DNA from: an uncultured virus (IMG/VR IMGVR_UViG_3300008448_000053)
Lineage: Duplodnaviria; Heunggongvirae; Uroviricota; Caudoviricetes
IMG/VR virus record: IMGVR_UViG_3300008448_000053
Span: 1-64,000 of that record
Reading direction: 5' to 3' (one strand)
DNA length: 64,000 nt
The notes beneath the pieces were generated by a model. The model worked only from the letters and a program-made list of their open reading frames with translations, searched no databases and was not told the DNA's origin. Each line of letters begins with the position of its first letter. Within the stretch, counting starts at the first letter, position 1. Positions 1 through 12,320 of the stretch are shown one piece after another. A program made the translations under genes and the position numbers.

Positions 1-1326
<1,326 letters not shown>

Positions 1327-1328
1327 TT

Positions 1329-1355
1329 AAATCGCAACATATGTTGCGATTTTTT
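1329..1355 (+). terminator. Rho-independent terminator
   Basis: Perfect palindrome AAATCGCAACAT/ATGTTGCGATTT running into a T tract. Confidence 0.8.
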
Positions 1356-1381
1356 ATTTATTACCATTTTAATATTCATTA

Positions 1382-1389
1382 TATTTATA
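1382..1389 (+). promoter_or_regulatory. TATTTAT(A) motif, putative phage late promoter (first of about 17 copies)
   Basis: Recurs 3-20 nt upstream of start codons, mainly of structural genes: 3717, 13251, 26209, 28324, 38202, 39724, 43579, 48447, 51030, 55536, 59046, 59861, 61064. Confidence 0.65.
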
Positions 1390-1392
1390 AAC

Positions 1393-1842
1393 ATGGCGAC
1401 ATATGGTATAGATTATCCATTTAGAGATAGTAGAAAAGGTGATTTTTTAAGAATGACCGAAACTACCGAAAAAGAGGTGAGAGCAAATTTATTACATCTT
1501 CTATTAACAAGGAAGGGTAGTAGATATTATTTACCCGACTTTGGTACTAGATTATATGAATACATTTTTGATCAAAATGATATAGTTGCATATAATTTAA
1601 TTGAAGATGAAATTAGAGAAAGTGTTAGAAAATATATACCAAATTTGGATATAAACTCAATAAAAATAATGTCTGGTGAAGATGATCCTGATAGACCAAT
1701 TGCATCAATGGAGGATGAAGACAATAGACTATTTAGAGTTTCCGATTATTCTACAAAACCATATACCGCAAAAGTAAAAATAGACTATACTGTAAATAAT
1801 GGTACATTTTCGTCTTCCGACTTTATAATTATTAACATATAA
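1393..1842 (+). CDS. Baseplate wedge protein, gp25/GPW-like
   Basis: YGIDYPF...NLLHLLLTRKGSRYYLPDFGTRLYEYIFD motif. ATG at 1393 chosen over the upstream TTG, which lies in the RNA/terminator region. Confidence 0.85.
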   Translation: MATYGIDYPFRDSRKGDFLRMTETTEKEVRANLLHLLLTRKGSRYYLPDFGTRLYEYIFDQNDIVAYNLIEDEIRESVRKYIPNLDINSIKIMSGEDDPDRPIASMEDEDNRLFRVSDYSTKPYTAKVKIDYTVNNGTFSSSDFIIINI

Positions 1843-1843
1843 G

Positions 1844-3676
1844 ATGGCAAAAAAAATATCATACGCAACAAGGGATTTCGCTGGTTTAAGAGAAGAATTG
1901 GTTAGAATGACCAAAGATTATTATCCCGATCTAATTAAGAACACTAACGACGCATCTATATATTCTGTTTTATTAGATATAAATGCGGCTGTTGCAGATA
2001 ACCTACATTTTCACATTGATAGAGTTTGGCAAGAAACAATGTTGGATTTTGCACAACAAAGACAATCTCTATTTTTCATTGCTAAAACATATGGTTTAAA
2101 AATACCTGGAAATAGACCTTCGGTTGCGTTGTGTGATTTTTCAATAACAGTTCCAGTTAGAGGTGATAAAGAAGATGAAAGATATGAAGGTATTTTAAAA
2201 GGGGGTGCACAAGTTTCTGGTGGGGGACAGGTATTTGAAACTATTGACGATATTGATTTTTCAAATCCGTTTAATAATAGAGGTGAACCAAATAGATTGA
2301 AAATACCAAACTTTGATGCAAATAATCAGTTAGTATCATATACAATCGTTAAAAGAGAACCAGTTGTTAATGGTGTTTCAAGAATTTTTAGAAGAGTCAT
2401 AAATGAGTTAGATCAAAAACCATTTTTAAAACTTTATTTACCCGAACAAAATGTTTTGGGTGTTACTGCAGTAATACACAAAGAAGGAACTAGTTTCTCA
2501 TCCAATCCAAATTCTGGTGAATTTAATACGTCAACAAATAAATGGTATGAGGTTAAATCACTAATTGAAGATAAAGTTTTTGTTCCCGATCCAACATCTG
2601 TATCTGATAGAGATAATTTTAAAGCAGGAAATTATATAAATGTAACTAACAAGTTTGTTACGGAATATACACCAGAGGGTTATTTTTCGTTAACGTTTGG
2701 GTCTGGAAATGTTGATCCATTAGATAATTTAGATAATTTTATGACTAATAATATGAAAGTAAATTTAGGTGTTTATCTAAATAATCTTTCATTAGGTGCA
2801 TTACCCAAGGTTGGGACAACATTATTTGTAAAATATAGAATTGGTGGTGGTAAAAGTACTAATCTCGGTGTAAATGTAATAAACAGTGTTGATGAAGTGG
2901 AATTCAATGTTAATGGTCCAAATAGTACAATTAATAATCAAGTTATTAACACATTAAACGTAACTAATATAACACCGGCTGTTGGCGGTTCCGATCAACC
3001 AACAATAGAAGAATTAAGAAATTTAATTGCATATAATTTTGCCGCACAAAATAGGGCGGTCACTTTAAATGACTATAAATCTTTGATTGAAACAATGCCA
3101 TCCACATATGGGGCACCCGCCAAAGTTGAAGTTATGGAAGAAGATAATAAAGTTAGAATTAAATTATTATCATATGATGATAGAGGTAATTTAATTGATA
3201 TCGTCTCCAATACATTAAAAAATAATATTTTAAATTATTTATCTGAATTTAGAATGATAAATGATTACATCGATATTGTTAGTGGTCAAGTAATAGATTT
3301 GGGTTTAGAAATAGACTTAATCATAGATAAGAACGTAAACAAGACAGAAGTAATTAAAGAAACAATAAATAAAACAATTACTTCATTTAGTATAGATGGT
3401 AGAAAAATGGGAGACCCTTTATTTTTGGGTGATCTATTTAAAGAACTTGGTAATGTAAACGGTGTAATAAATGTTGTTGATATTAGAGCATTTAACTTAT
3501 TAGGGGGAGAATATTCCACTGCTGAGGTTTCACAACCGTATGTAGATGATGTAACAAGGGAAATTCTACAATCCGATAAAACCATCTTTATGAAAGCAAA
3601 TCAAATATATCAAATAAGATTCCCAAATAAAGATATAAAAGTTAGGGTAAAAACATTAGGTTCGACTACATACTAA
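1844..3676 (+). CDS. Baseplate wedge subunit (T4 gp6 / baseplate J-like)
   Basis: ISYATRDF N-terminus; FGSG, YRIGGG, GGSD and AQNRAVTLNDY motifs; follows gp25. Confidence 0.85.
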   Translation: MAKKISYATRDFAGLREELVRMTKDYYPDLIKNTNDASIYSVLLDINAAVADNLHFHIDRVWQETMLDFAQQRQSLFFIAKTYGLKIPGNRPSVALCDFSITVPVRGDKEDERYEGILKGGAQVSGGGQVFETIDDIDFSNPFNNRGEPNRLKIPNFDANNQLVSYTIVKREPVVNGVSRIFRRVINELDQKPFLKLYLPEQNVLGVTAVIHKEGTSFSSNPNSGEFNTSTNKWYEVKSLIEDKVFVPDPTSVSDRDNFKAGNYINVTNKFVTEYTPEGYFSLTFGSGNVDPLDNLDNFMTNNMKVNLGVYLNNLSLGALPKVGTTLFVKYRIGGGKSTNLGVNVINSVDEVEFNVNGPNSTINNQVINTLNVTNITPAVGGSDQPTIEELRNLIAYNFAAQNRAVTLNDYKSLIETMPSTYGAPAKVEVMEEDNKVRIKLLSYDDRGNLIDIVSNTLKNNILNYLSEFRMINDYIDIVSGQVIDLGLEIDLIIDKNVNKTEVIKETINKTITSFSIDGRKMGDPLFLGDLFKELGNVNGVINVVDIRAFNLLGGEYSTAEVSQPYVDDVTREILQSDKTIFMKANQIYQIRFPNKDIKVRVKTLGSTTY

Positions 3677-3733
3677 AAACATTTTTCTTTATATTAATAG
3701 AAAATCAACTAGTTTCTATTTATTATAAGAATT

Positions 3734-6700
3734 ATGCAAAAACATAGAATTTATACAGACATAGGTGTAGATCAAAAAATAACCGTAGAATTAAAACAAG
3801 ACTACGATTTACTAGAAATACTATCTTTAAAATTTTCACAACAAGAGGCTTACTCATCATTTTGTGGTGATTATGGTGTTGTTGTTGGTAGAATATCGGT
3901 TAATAATGGTTTTGGTCTCCCAAATGCCAGAGTTTCTATTTTTGTACCAATATCAGATGTTGATGAAAATGATCCTGTTTTATCTGAGTTGTATCCTTAT
4001 AGATCAATAGATCAAAGAAACGATTCAAATTATAGATATAACCTATTACCGGCTAGAAAACAACATACAGGACACGTACCAACAGGTACATTTCCTGATC
4101 AATCTGACATCTTAAATAGAGAGGAAGTTTTAGAGGTTTTTGAAAAATATTATAGGTACACCGTAAAAACAAATGAAGCGGGTGATTTTATGATATGGGG
4201 GGTACCATTAGGTAACCAAACATTACATATTGACCTAGATATGTCTGATGCGGGATGTCAATCATTAGTACCATATGATTTTATTTACGATGGTATATCT
4301 GAAGAAAAATTCGTAAATAAATACACATATAAAAGTGCGTCGGATATTGATTCTTTACCACAAATTGTTAGTTATGATAAATCTATTGAGGTTTATCCTT
4401 TTTGGGGCAACCAAGAGTTATGTCAAATTGCAATCACTAGAGTTGATTTTGATTTATCTTCTCAAGGAGTAAGAATTGACCCGTATGCAATAATTGCGGG
4501 AGGTAGTTTTACCGATTCAGGTAAAGATGCGTTAAGGGTGAACTGTAACGTTGACAACCAAATGGGTGAAAAATGTAGATTGATAACATTCAAAGGTGAT
4601 GTCGAATCAATTAGATTTACTGGAAATTATGAGAAAAATCCTGACGGATCACCAAATATAGACAGACCAATACTTGAATTTTTTGATATAGATAGTACAA
4701 TAGATGAGAATGGTGTATTCTTTTTTAGAATACCAATGAATATGAAATATATTGCCACAAATGAGTTTGGTGAATATTATGAAACAAATGACAAGAATAT
4801 CGGTATTGCCACACAAGGTAATTATAGATTTCGTTTTTCATTGACTGAAGATACTGGTGCTAGAAATAGATTTACGGGTAAATTCTTAGTACCAAATGTT
4901 AGGGAATATCATATAGGTGATACAAGTTTTCAAGGATCACCAACAACAATTGATAGTAGATCATATTCATTTAGTACTAATATTGATGATTATCCTCCTG
5001 ACGCAAGAAAAGAAATTGCCGGAACAAGTGTGGACGCAATTACTAGTGATAACTACGGGGTTCCACAAGACTATTTTTACCAATTTAGATACGGTAGAAT
5101 ATACACCGTTAGTGAATTTATAAACAAATATTATAAAACAAGTGCATTAGAAAGGGCATTTAGTTTTTTTAAAAAGGATAGAAGAGAATCTTTTATTGGT
5201 ATTAAAGAAAACTGGCCACAAGAAAAAGATGATTGTGAAAATGTTAATAATTATTTTCCTGTAAACGATGCGGTTAGAAATCATAGATTTCAATTTTTCA
5301 TTTTAACGGTATTAAATTTTATTGAATATATCGGTAACGTGATTTCTTTATTTATAAAAGAATTTGTGACGGCCGCTCTTTTTGGTATTGCGGAAGCAAT
5401 AGCAAGTAGTGGGGTGTCAAACGATGCTGCTGCTAGAACATTTAGAAGGGGTAAGGAATTTCAATTTACAAATATTTTTAGACTTCAGTTATTGGTGTAT
5501 CCTGATTGTTACGATTGTAATGAAGATAATGAAGAAACACCTGTACAAACTCCACCAGTGGCACCGACGGCCGATGATTATAAAAATAAACCACCTGTTG
5601 CCACAAATTTCACTGTAGAAGAAAAATATGAGATTAGAAGAAATACCGACATATGTAGAAAGTATGTATTTAGAAATTATAGTTCAAGTGCATGTACTTT
5701 AACATATATAGATTGCGATGATGTCAGTAGAACGATATATCTTCCTGTTGAAGAAAATCCGTCTAATGGAATTGAAGTATGTGCAAAAAAAGGTCAAACC
5801 ATTACAATACCGCCAGGTTTTGGTTCACAAGTAACGGCTACACAACAAAGTCCCGGTGCTTATTGTTCCGGCAACGCTGATGATTCTTTATATTTCACAT
5901 ATCCTTGTGATGCATATACTTTTAAAAATATAGGTTTAAGTGCTTTTACAATAAATAATTTTGTTGATTGTAATAATGCGTCAGGAAATACTATAACAGT
6001 TCCAACAGGAACATCTGGTAACACATTTGTTTTTTGTGCTAAAAGAGGACAATCATTTACAATTCCACCACAATTTACTGGTGTAACTTATACCACATCA
6101 TCAACATCGGCATATTGTAATAGATGTGGTGGTACGGGAATTGACGTATTTTCAAATTATACAGGGTCAACTGTTGATGGTGCCATTATGAATAGAAAAT
6201 ATCTATTGGAAATTACACCACTTATTGGTACAGACCCACAATATATTTTTATTGGATGTGGAACCAATTACCCCATAATATATTCTGGACAATATGGTAG
6301 ATGGAAAGTAGGTGGAGGGGTATATAGTGTTTTGGCTAGTTTTCTTGCCGATGAAACTAACACAAGATATGATACACCTATTCAAAATTCTGTACATGAA
6401 GATCATGGTTGTGTTTTTCCTATATCTAAACTTATATATGTGGAAGATTGTTCTGACGTATCAGCACCGGACCCAAATCTACCATCAGGAATTGAGGAAG
6501 AAGGTTGTAATAAGTACGATTTTATAATTGACACAAAATGGACAGAAGATGGTGGTGGTGGTAGTATGAATTTACAGGCATTTGTTTTCCCGTTATATAA
6601 TGGCGGAACACCACTACAAGAATATGCCGCCGCGAGAAATGTTTTAATGGGTTGTAGACCAGGTGATTGTTACCCAACAAATTCAAGTACATATAATGTT

Positions 6701-8335
6701 GGTTGTATTAGTAATGGTTCTATTGGTGCCGGAACTAGTTTATGGGATCAATTGGATGGAAATTATTCAACAAATATTTTACAATCACATCCCGATCCAT
6801 GCTTTAGTGGTGTACCATGTAATGTTGGTGCTGTTGCAAGTATTTATGCCAAATGGCCAACAGATCCGAATGGAGGATTTAGAAATGCCACAACAAGATG
6901 TATTGTGAATGGTGCATATGCTGGCGAAGTAAAGAAAAAGGGACCATATTATTGTGATCAAGGATTAACACAAAGAGGTACATTATCAGGATATTCTGAA
7001 TTTAGAGATGGTGTTTATAGTATAGTACCATTAGCAGGAAACACATTTACAATGTTAAAATCTTTTAGAAGAAGAAAATTATTCCATAAGCTAATGTGTG
7101 GAGGGGTGGTATCATATACATTTAATGATTCGTGGTTATTAGGGTCACTATATTTCTTTCAATTTATGAAAAGAGGAAGTAATAGATTTTGTAAAGAATG
7201 TGTGTATAAAGTTCAAGACGCAACGGGCCTCCATTTCTATTATAGATCTACACCATATAGTCCGAGTTATTCGGCATCAGAAACACAATATGATTACGAT
7301 CCCGCAACTGGAACTCAATTAGGTGTAAATACTTCTTTAACGAGTGATTATGCGAACAAAACAAAAGGATTTTATGGTCAAGTTAGGGCAATTGATTATG
7401 GTGCAAATTTTAGTACTCCATTACCTTTTATGAATTTAATTGGTGATTTGTTTAATGGGTTAAATTACAAAAGAGAAATAAATTTCCCAACAACAATTAT
7501 TGATTTAGGACCAAGAAACACTTGGATTAATGAAATATGTACCGATCCTGAGTTAGATGTTAATTGTTCGATATCTAGAAGTATAGGTGCAACATCATAT
7601 AAAGGATTAGATGATTTAATGGAATATATTGTTCAATCTAAAGAAATAAAAGAAAGGGGAAAATTAGATGTACAAGATTTATTTGATGCAAGAGCAAACG
7701 GACTAATAGATGGTGATATCGCCCAATTAATGAATTTTAATACACAATCGGGAATTTTTCCATTTGAATATGAAGAATCATTTTCACCATACACAGCACA
7801 ATACAGTACGGTATTTGATGGTAAAGGTCCAGTCGGTCTTGATTTTGTATTTAGTGAAGATGATCCCGATACGGTTACATTTGAAAGAGCAGGTGAACTA
7901 ATTAGAAAATGTTTAAATGAACCAACAAGGCTTGGTGACGTATCCCAAAGAGTTCCATATTATATGTGGGATACTATAGGACATGGTTTCGGAGAATCAA
8001 CAACTGGTAATATAGGTAGTGATGAAGGACAAAGTTATTATAGTGGTAAAATATATAACCAAAAAATACAATTAATGAAGGGTAATATGAATCCTGATCC
8101 AAACGCAAATCCGTTGGATGATGATTATTTTGATCCCTATGTTTTACCACCAATAAGAGATTGTATTGATGCTGGTAGTGGTGAAAAGAAATATAATGAC
8201 AATTATAAAGAACATACTGTGAATGGTGTCAAAAGACATACTATGGAAATTGGTATACCATTTCATTATTATTTTGGATTAAGAAAAGGTAAGACCGCCT
8301 TTGATAAATTTATTGAATTTTACGGACCTTTCTAA
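3734..8335 (+). CDS. Large baseplate/tail-associated structural protein (1533 aa) with Cys-rich repeats
   Basis: Long ORF in the baseplate operon with a TATTTAT upstream. N-terminal GVVVGRISVNNGFGLPNARVSIF and two C..Y.F.N...DC...CAK.G repeats. Confidence 0.6.
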   Translation: MQKHRIYTDIGVDQKITVELKQDYDLLEILSLKFSQQEAYSSFCGDYGVVVGRISVNNGFGLPNARVSIFVPISDVDENDPVLSELYPYRSIDQRNDSNYRYNLLPARKQHTGHVPTGTFPDQSDILNREEVLEVFEKYYRYTVKTNEAGDFMIWGVPLGNQTLHIDLDMSDAGCQSLVPYDFIYDGISEEKFVNKYTYKSASDIDSLPQIVSYDKSIEVYPFWGNQELCQIAITRVDFDLSSQGVRIDPYAIIAGGSFTDSGKDALRVNCNVDNQMGEKCRLITFKGDVESIRFTGNYEKNPDGSPNIDRPILEFFDIDSTIDENGVFFFRIPMNMKYIATNEFGEYYETNDKNIGIATQGNYRFRFSLTEDTGARNRFTGKFLVPNVREYHIGDTSFQGSPTTIDSRSYSFSTNIDDYPPDARKEIAGTSVDAITSDNYGVPQDYFYQFRYGRIYTVSEFINKYYKTSALERAFSFFKKDRRESFIGIKENWPQEKDDCENVNNYFPVNDAVRNHRFQFFILTVLNFIEYIGNVISLFIKEFVTAALFGIAEAIASSGVSNDAAARTFRRGKEFQFTNIFRLQLLVYPDCYDCNEDNEETPVQTPPVAPTADDYKNKPPVATNFTVEEKYEIRRNTDICRKYVFRNYSSSACTLTYIDCDDVSRTIYLPVEENPSNGIEVCAKKGQTITIPPGFGSQVTATQQSPGAYCSGNADDSLYFTYPCDAYTFKNIGLSAFTINNFVDCNNASGNTITVPTGTSGNTFVFCAKRGQSFTIPPQFTGVTYTTSSTSAYCNRCGGTGIDVFSNYTGSTVDGAIMNRKYLLEITPLIGTDPQYIFIGCGTNYPIIYSGQYGRWKVGGGVYSVLASFLADETNTRYDTPIQNSVHEDHGCVFPISKLIYVEDCSDVSAPDPNLPSGIEEEGCNKYDFIIDTKWTEDGGGGSMNLQAFVFPLYNGGTPLQEYAAARNVLMGCRPGDCYPTNSSTYNVGCISNGSIGAGTSLWDQLDGNYSTNILQSHPDPCFSGVPCNVGAVASIYAKWPTDPNGGFRNATTRCIVNGAYAGEVKKKGPYYCDQGLTQRGTLSGYSEFRDGVYSIVPLAGNTFTMLKSFRRRKLFHKLMCGGVVSYTFNDSWLLGSLYFFQFMKRGSNRFCKECVYKVQDATGLHFYYRSTPYSPSYSASETQYDYDPATGTQLGVNTSLTSDYANKTKGFYGQVRAIDYGANFSTPLPFMNLIGDLFNGLNYKREINFPTTIIDLGPRNTWINEICTDPELDVNCSISRSIGATSYKGLDDLMEYIVQSKEIKERGKLDVQDLFDARANGLIDGDIAQLMNFNTQSGIFPFEYEESFSPYTAQYSTVFDGKGPVGLDFVFSEDDPDTVTFERAGELIRKCLNEPTRLGDVSQRVPYYMWDTIGHGFGESTTGNIGSDEGQSYYSGKIYNQKIQLMKGNMNPDPNANPLDDDYFDPYVLPPIRDCIDAGSGEKKYNDNYKEHTVNGVKRHTMEIGIPFHYYFGLRKGKTAFDKFIEFYGPF

Positions 8336-9086
8336 TATGTTTATAAAAGATTTATTTAGTAAAAGAAGACCAAACCATTTGATAATTTTTATTGATAACA
8401 ATAAAACAGATAATGGATTATTTACAATTTTTTCTAAATTTTTACATTCCATTGGTCCATATCGGAAAATTGATGATGTGATACACGATCTAAATATTTT
8501 TAAAAAAAAATATACAAATAAATTAGATTACATAATCATAATGACAAATGGTAAAGGTAAACATTTAGTACACACAAAAGAAGGTGACGATAAAGTTTTT
8601 GAATTATTGTTACAATTAAAACCAATGTTAAAGGAAAACGGATCAATGTTATTCGGTACTTGTTTTGTTGGAACAATAAATAGGAAATTAGTTGAAATGT
8701 CACAAAAATTAGATGGAATTAAAATAGTTGCACCAGACACGATTGCTAATTATTTTACTTCTTTATTTAGATTATTTAAACATGGGAAAATGTGTTCATG
8801 TAAAGATAAAAATTATAGTCAAAATTTAATATCTAAATTACCACAAAGTCAAAGAGGTATGGAACGAGACGAACAAACAATGATCGAAATAAACAGAAGA
8901 ACAGATAATGAAGTGATAAATTGGGAAAGTTGTGGTATGGCTTATGAATATAATAAAAGAACTATCGAAGATGGAATTTGTGAAAATATTACACAACCAT
9001 GGTTAGCGATTCATGGATTAATGAATTATTTTTTTAATACACAATAATATGTTTATAAAAGATTTATTTAGTAAAAGAAGACCAAA
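8333..9086 (+). repeat. 42-bp exact direct repeat at the starts of the tandem paralogs (8333-8374 and 9045-9086)
   Basis: TAATATGTTTATAAAAGATTTATTTAGTAAAAGAAGACCAAA occurs twice. Confidence 0.9.
8337..9047 (+). CDS. Hypothetical protein, paralog A (possible caspase-hemoglobinase/DUF4347-like fold, His absent)
   Basis: Starts MFIKDLFSKRRPNH like the next gene. Motifs IIMTNGKG and LFGTCFVG. Confidence 0.6.
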   Translation: MFIKDLFSKRRPNHLIIFIDNNKTDNGLFTIFSKFLHSIGPYRKIDDVIHDLNIFKKKYTNKLDYIIIMTNGKGKHLVHTKEGDDKVFELLLQLKPMLKENGSMLFGTCFVGTINRKLVEMSQKLDGIKIVAPDTIANYFTSLFRLFKHGKMCSCKDKNYSQNLISKLPQSQRGMERDEQTMIEINRRTDNEVINWESCGMAYEYNKRTIEDGICENITQPWLAIHGLMNYFFNTQ

Positions 9087-9756
9087 TCATGTTGTTGTTT
9101 ATCTGGATTATGATAAAAAAGATAAACTTTTATTTAGAACATTTTCCAAATTCACTTATTCAATTGGTCCGGTTAAAACAGTAAACGAAGTTATTGAAAA
9201 TATAAAAAAATTTAAACAAAAGTATCCAAATAAATTGAAGTACGTTACCATTAATACATATGGTAGAGGTAAACATTTAATAAACTCAAAAGAGTTAAAA
9301 GAAATTGATGGTGATGAAAAATTAAATTTATTATTAAATGAATTGGTTAGTCTATTAGATACAAATGGTACATTGCAATTTGCAACATGTTTCGCTGGAA
9401 TGGCACATAGAAAATTGGTTGAGGTTTCTGAAAAGTATGGTGGTATAAAAACAGCCTCAATGTATGGTGCTTACAGTTTAAATGGTAAAGCCGTTGTTTG
9501 TAAATGTAAAGAAAATGGGTTTAGTAAAAAAACAATAGATAATATGAAACCAAGTAAGAATGGTATTTTTAATGATGAAGTGGAAATGATGAACATATAC
9601 CGAAGAACTGATGGTGAGGAAATGAGTTGGGAAACTTGTGGAATGGCCTATGAATATAATAAAATAATGATTGAAAATGGAATTTGTGAAATAAAAAAAC
9701 AACCATCATCATCAATAAGATGTGTTATGAATTATTTATTTAATATACAAAGATAA
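9049..9756 (+). CDS. Hypothetical protein, paralog B
   Basis: Alignable end to end with 8337..9047 (SIGP, GKHL, TCF.G, RKLVE.S, CGMAYEYNK, MNY.FN.Q). Confidence 0.7.
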   Translation: MFIKDLFSKRRPNHVVVYLDYDKKDKLLFRTFSKFTYSIGPVKTVNEVIENIKKFKQKYPNKLKYVTINTYGRGKHLINSKELKEIDGDEKLNLLLNELVSLLDTNGTLQFATCFAGMAHRKLVEVSEKYGGIKTASMYGAYSLNGKAVVCKCKENGFSKKTIDNMKPSKNGIFNDEVEMMNIYRRTDGEEMSWETCGMAYEYNKIMIENGICEIKKQPSSSIRCVMNYLFNIQR

Positions 9757-11505
9757 ATGAATAAGAAAAAAATCATATTACCAGATAGAAGATTTGAAAG
9801 TGCACCCGATGAAAATCTAACAATTAGAATAAATTTAGATGAATCTAAAAATTTATTAAGAGAAGGTGACAGAGATGTTATTTTAGATTTGGCTAGACTT
9901 TTTAATGAAGAAAGAAACGAATGTCAAAATTATAAAATATTTGGTAAAATAAAAATGATATTCAGAAATACCTATTCTGGTGACACAACATATGGTCCAC
10001 TTGAAAGAAATTTGGCACTAGTCGGTGATGGTGGGGATGGTGATTTTACAGGATATCTAAACTATAATGAATTTGCCTTTTTAAGAACAGATCTTTTAAG
10101 AGAAAAAAATGAACCAATATCAGGATCAACACCTGGTGCATTCGTCCCTAATATCACTTTGACAGATGGTGGACTTGATCATATTGGTATGTCCCAAACT
10201 GACGCACCTTATAAAAATTGGAATTTTTATTTATCATATGTTTATAGTGGAGACACAACGTATCCAATAAATTACAGTTTATCTGATGGTACAGTTTACT
10301 CTTTTCAAGCACAAGATGGTATCCCATTTAGAGTTACTAATAATGGTAAATATTATAAATTTACGTCACCAGTTACACATGGTATAAATCAAGGAGAATA
10401 TATAACAATTTTAGAAACAACATTAAATAATACGGTACCGGTAGAAAATAGAACTTTTTATGTTGATAGTATTGGTGACGAAATATATGATTCTGAAAAT
10501 TATGTTTTAAACATTCTAAAAAGTCAATTTCCACCATCATTAACGCTTGATACCGTTATCTTTATAAAGAGATGTCTCGATATAAATAATATATCTGAAA
10601 CAACTTCAAAGTACTATGTTCATAGACACAAAACATTAACTGAATTAAAAGATTACATCTTAGATAAAATGGGGTTTGAATCGCCAGTATTTGAAGATGA
10701 AAAAAAATTATTATTTGAAAATAGCCAAGGTGTTATTGACTATTTGGTTGAACAAAATAGAATGGAATCAGTACTTTTTGATTTTAAAGAACCATACACA
10801 TTAAGTGGGATAACAAATAATTTAGGTTACACACCAACAGAATTATATGTATCAATAATCTTTAGAAACGATAACGGATATTTTAATTATCCACCAAAAG
10901 TCGGTTACAAATTTAATTTTCACGATACTTGGGTAGATAAACATTTTGATGATTCAAATTCACCTTTTGAAAATAGTTTAACAAGTACACCATTTATTAA
11001 TTCAGGTATAACATTTAATAGAGGTAACCCAATACCAAAAGGTACAGATTTAGTGGGAGCATTTGTTGAATACAATACAAAAGAATTAAAAGAAAGGATA
11101 ATAAGCGAATCTTTCCATAAAATAACATCACCTTTGAATATTTTTGATCATGGACAAGATACCGCTATGGATGCGGTACCGACTAATTTGGTTGGGTTAT
11201 ATTATCAACCACACTATAGAGTAAAAATTAGACAATTATCACCATATATAGAAACATCAAATACCGACCAAATTTATGGATTACCTGAAAATATAATATA
11301 TGACAAATCAGAAAATTTATGGAAATGGAGAGATCTATATGATCACGGATATGTCGATGTTGATGGATTTGGAACTAATTTTCCGTTTTTAAATGATTGT
11401 CATTATTTAAAATTTGATATTAATTTCTATTTAAAAAATGAGGAAGACTATACAAATAAACAAGATGGTGTTAAAAAGACACAAAATCTAAAAATAGATT
11501 GTTAA
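9757..11505 (+). CDS. Hypothetical virion structural protein
   Basis: 582-aa ORF tightly coupled within the baseplate/tail operon. Confidence 0.6.
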   Translation: MNKKKIILPDRRFESAPDENLTIRINLDESKNLLREGDRDVILDLARLFNEERNECQNYKIFGKIKMIFRNTYSGDTTYGPLERNLALVGDGGDGDFTGYLNYNEFAFLRTDLLREKNEPISGSTPGAFVPNITLTDGGLDHIGMSQTDAPYKNWNFYLSYVYSGDTTYPINYSLSDGTVYSFQAQDGIPFRVTNNGKYYKFTSPVTHGINQGEYITILETTLNNTVPVENRTFYVDSIGDEIYDSENYVLNILKSQFPPSLTLDTVIFIKRCLDINNISETTSKYYVHRHKTLTELKDYILDKMGFESPVFEDEKKLLFENSQGVIDYLVEQNRMESVLFDFKEPYTLSGITNNLGYTPTELYVSIIFRNDNGYFNYPPKVGYKFNFHDTWVDKHFDDSNSPFENSLTSTPFINSGITFNRGNPIPKGTDLVGAFVEYNTKELKERIISESFHKITSPLNIFDHGQDTAMDAVPTNLVGLYYQPHYRVKIRQLSPYIETSNTDQIYGLPENIIYDKSENLWKWRDLYDHGYVDVDGFGTNFPFLNDCHYLKFDINFYLKNEEDYTNKQDGVKKTQNLKIDC

Positions 11506-12320
11506 TGAATATATTAAGAAACGATAGTGATAAAAATATCTTAATAAATAACGAAAACGATTTCAAAACAGATCTCGGGTGGCAAGAGAACGCCGAAGAA
11601 TTAGAAAAAGAAAGTTTAAAAAGAATTATAAACCCAATAGATAATTATGAAACTGTTAGATATATACATGAAGAATATCCAATAAGTGGAGTTACTAATT
11701 TTACACAAAATGACATTTGGTTTTATTTTTATTTTACAACAGGAACAACCTATACAAATGGATTAGATTATAATTTAGTTGGTATACAACCAGATGAAAA
11801 CGCTAAATTATTAAAAGTAGCAACTGAAAGTTTTTTTAGATTAGAATTTTACAAAACACCCAATAACGATGTGCCAGATAGAAGTAACAGAAAATTAGTT
11901 TTTACAAAAAATCTAACATTACCATTAGGTGAAAGATACTTTTTTGCACCACTAATAAAAAACATATTTGTTCCTGTTTTTTCGGGATCAAATTATAGGA
12001 ATAAAGAAAACATGTATCTTTTTTGGTTTAAAGATGATAGCGCATTCGAAGAAACATTAATAACCGGAAATACTTTTTGGGTGTCTGCCAGATTTTATAA
12101 CGCAAAGGATGGTGAAATATTAAATCTAACAAATAGTGGATTAACACCAACAACTGAAATAGTCGAATCTAGAGACATGTATTATAAATTGGAAATAAAT
12201 AGAACAGACACACCTGGAAGAACTGATTATTCATATATTGTTTATAGTTATAGTGGATCTACCGGTGCTAGAGTCGGTACCAGGTATAACCCAATTAAAT
12301 TTTATCAATCATTTTCATAG
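11505..12320 (+). CDS. Hypothetical virion structural protein
   Basis: ATG overlaps the upstream stop (TAATG); operon context. Confidence 0.6.
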   Translation: MNILRNDSDKNILINNENDFKTDLGWQENAEELEKESLKRIINPIDNYETVRYIHEEYPISGVTNFTQNDIWFYFYFTTGTTYTNGLDYNLVGIQPDENAKLLKVATESFFRLEFYKTPNNDVPDRSNRKLVFTKNLTLPLGERYFFAPLIKNIFVPVFSGSNYRNKENMYLFWFKDDSAFEETLITGNTFWVSARFYNAKDGEILNLTNSGLTPTTEIVESRDMYYKLEINRTDTPGRTDYSYIVYSYSGSTGARVGTRYNPIKFYQSFS

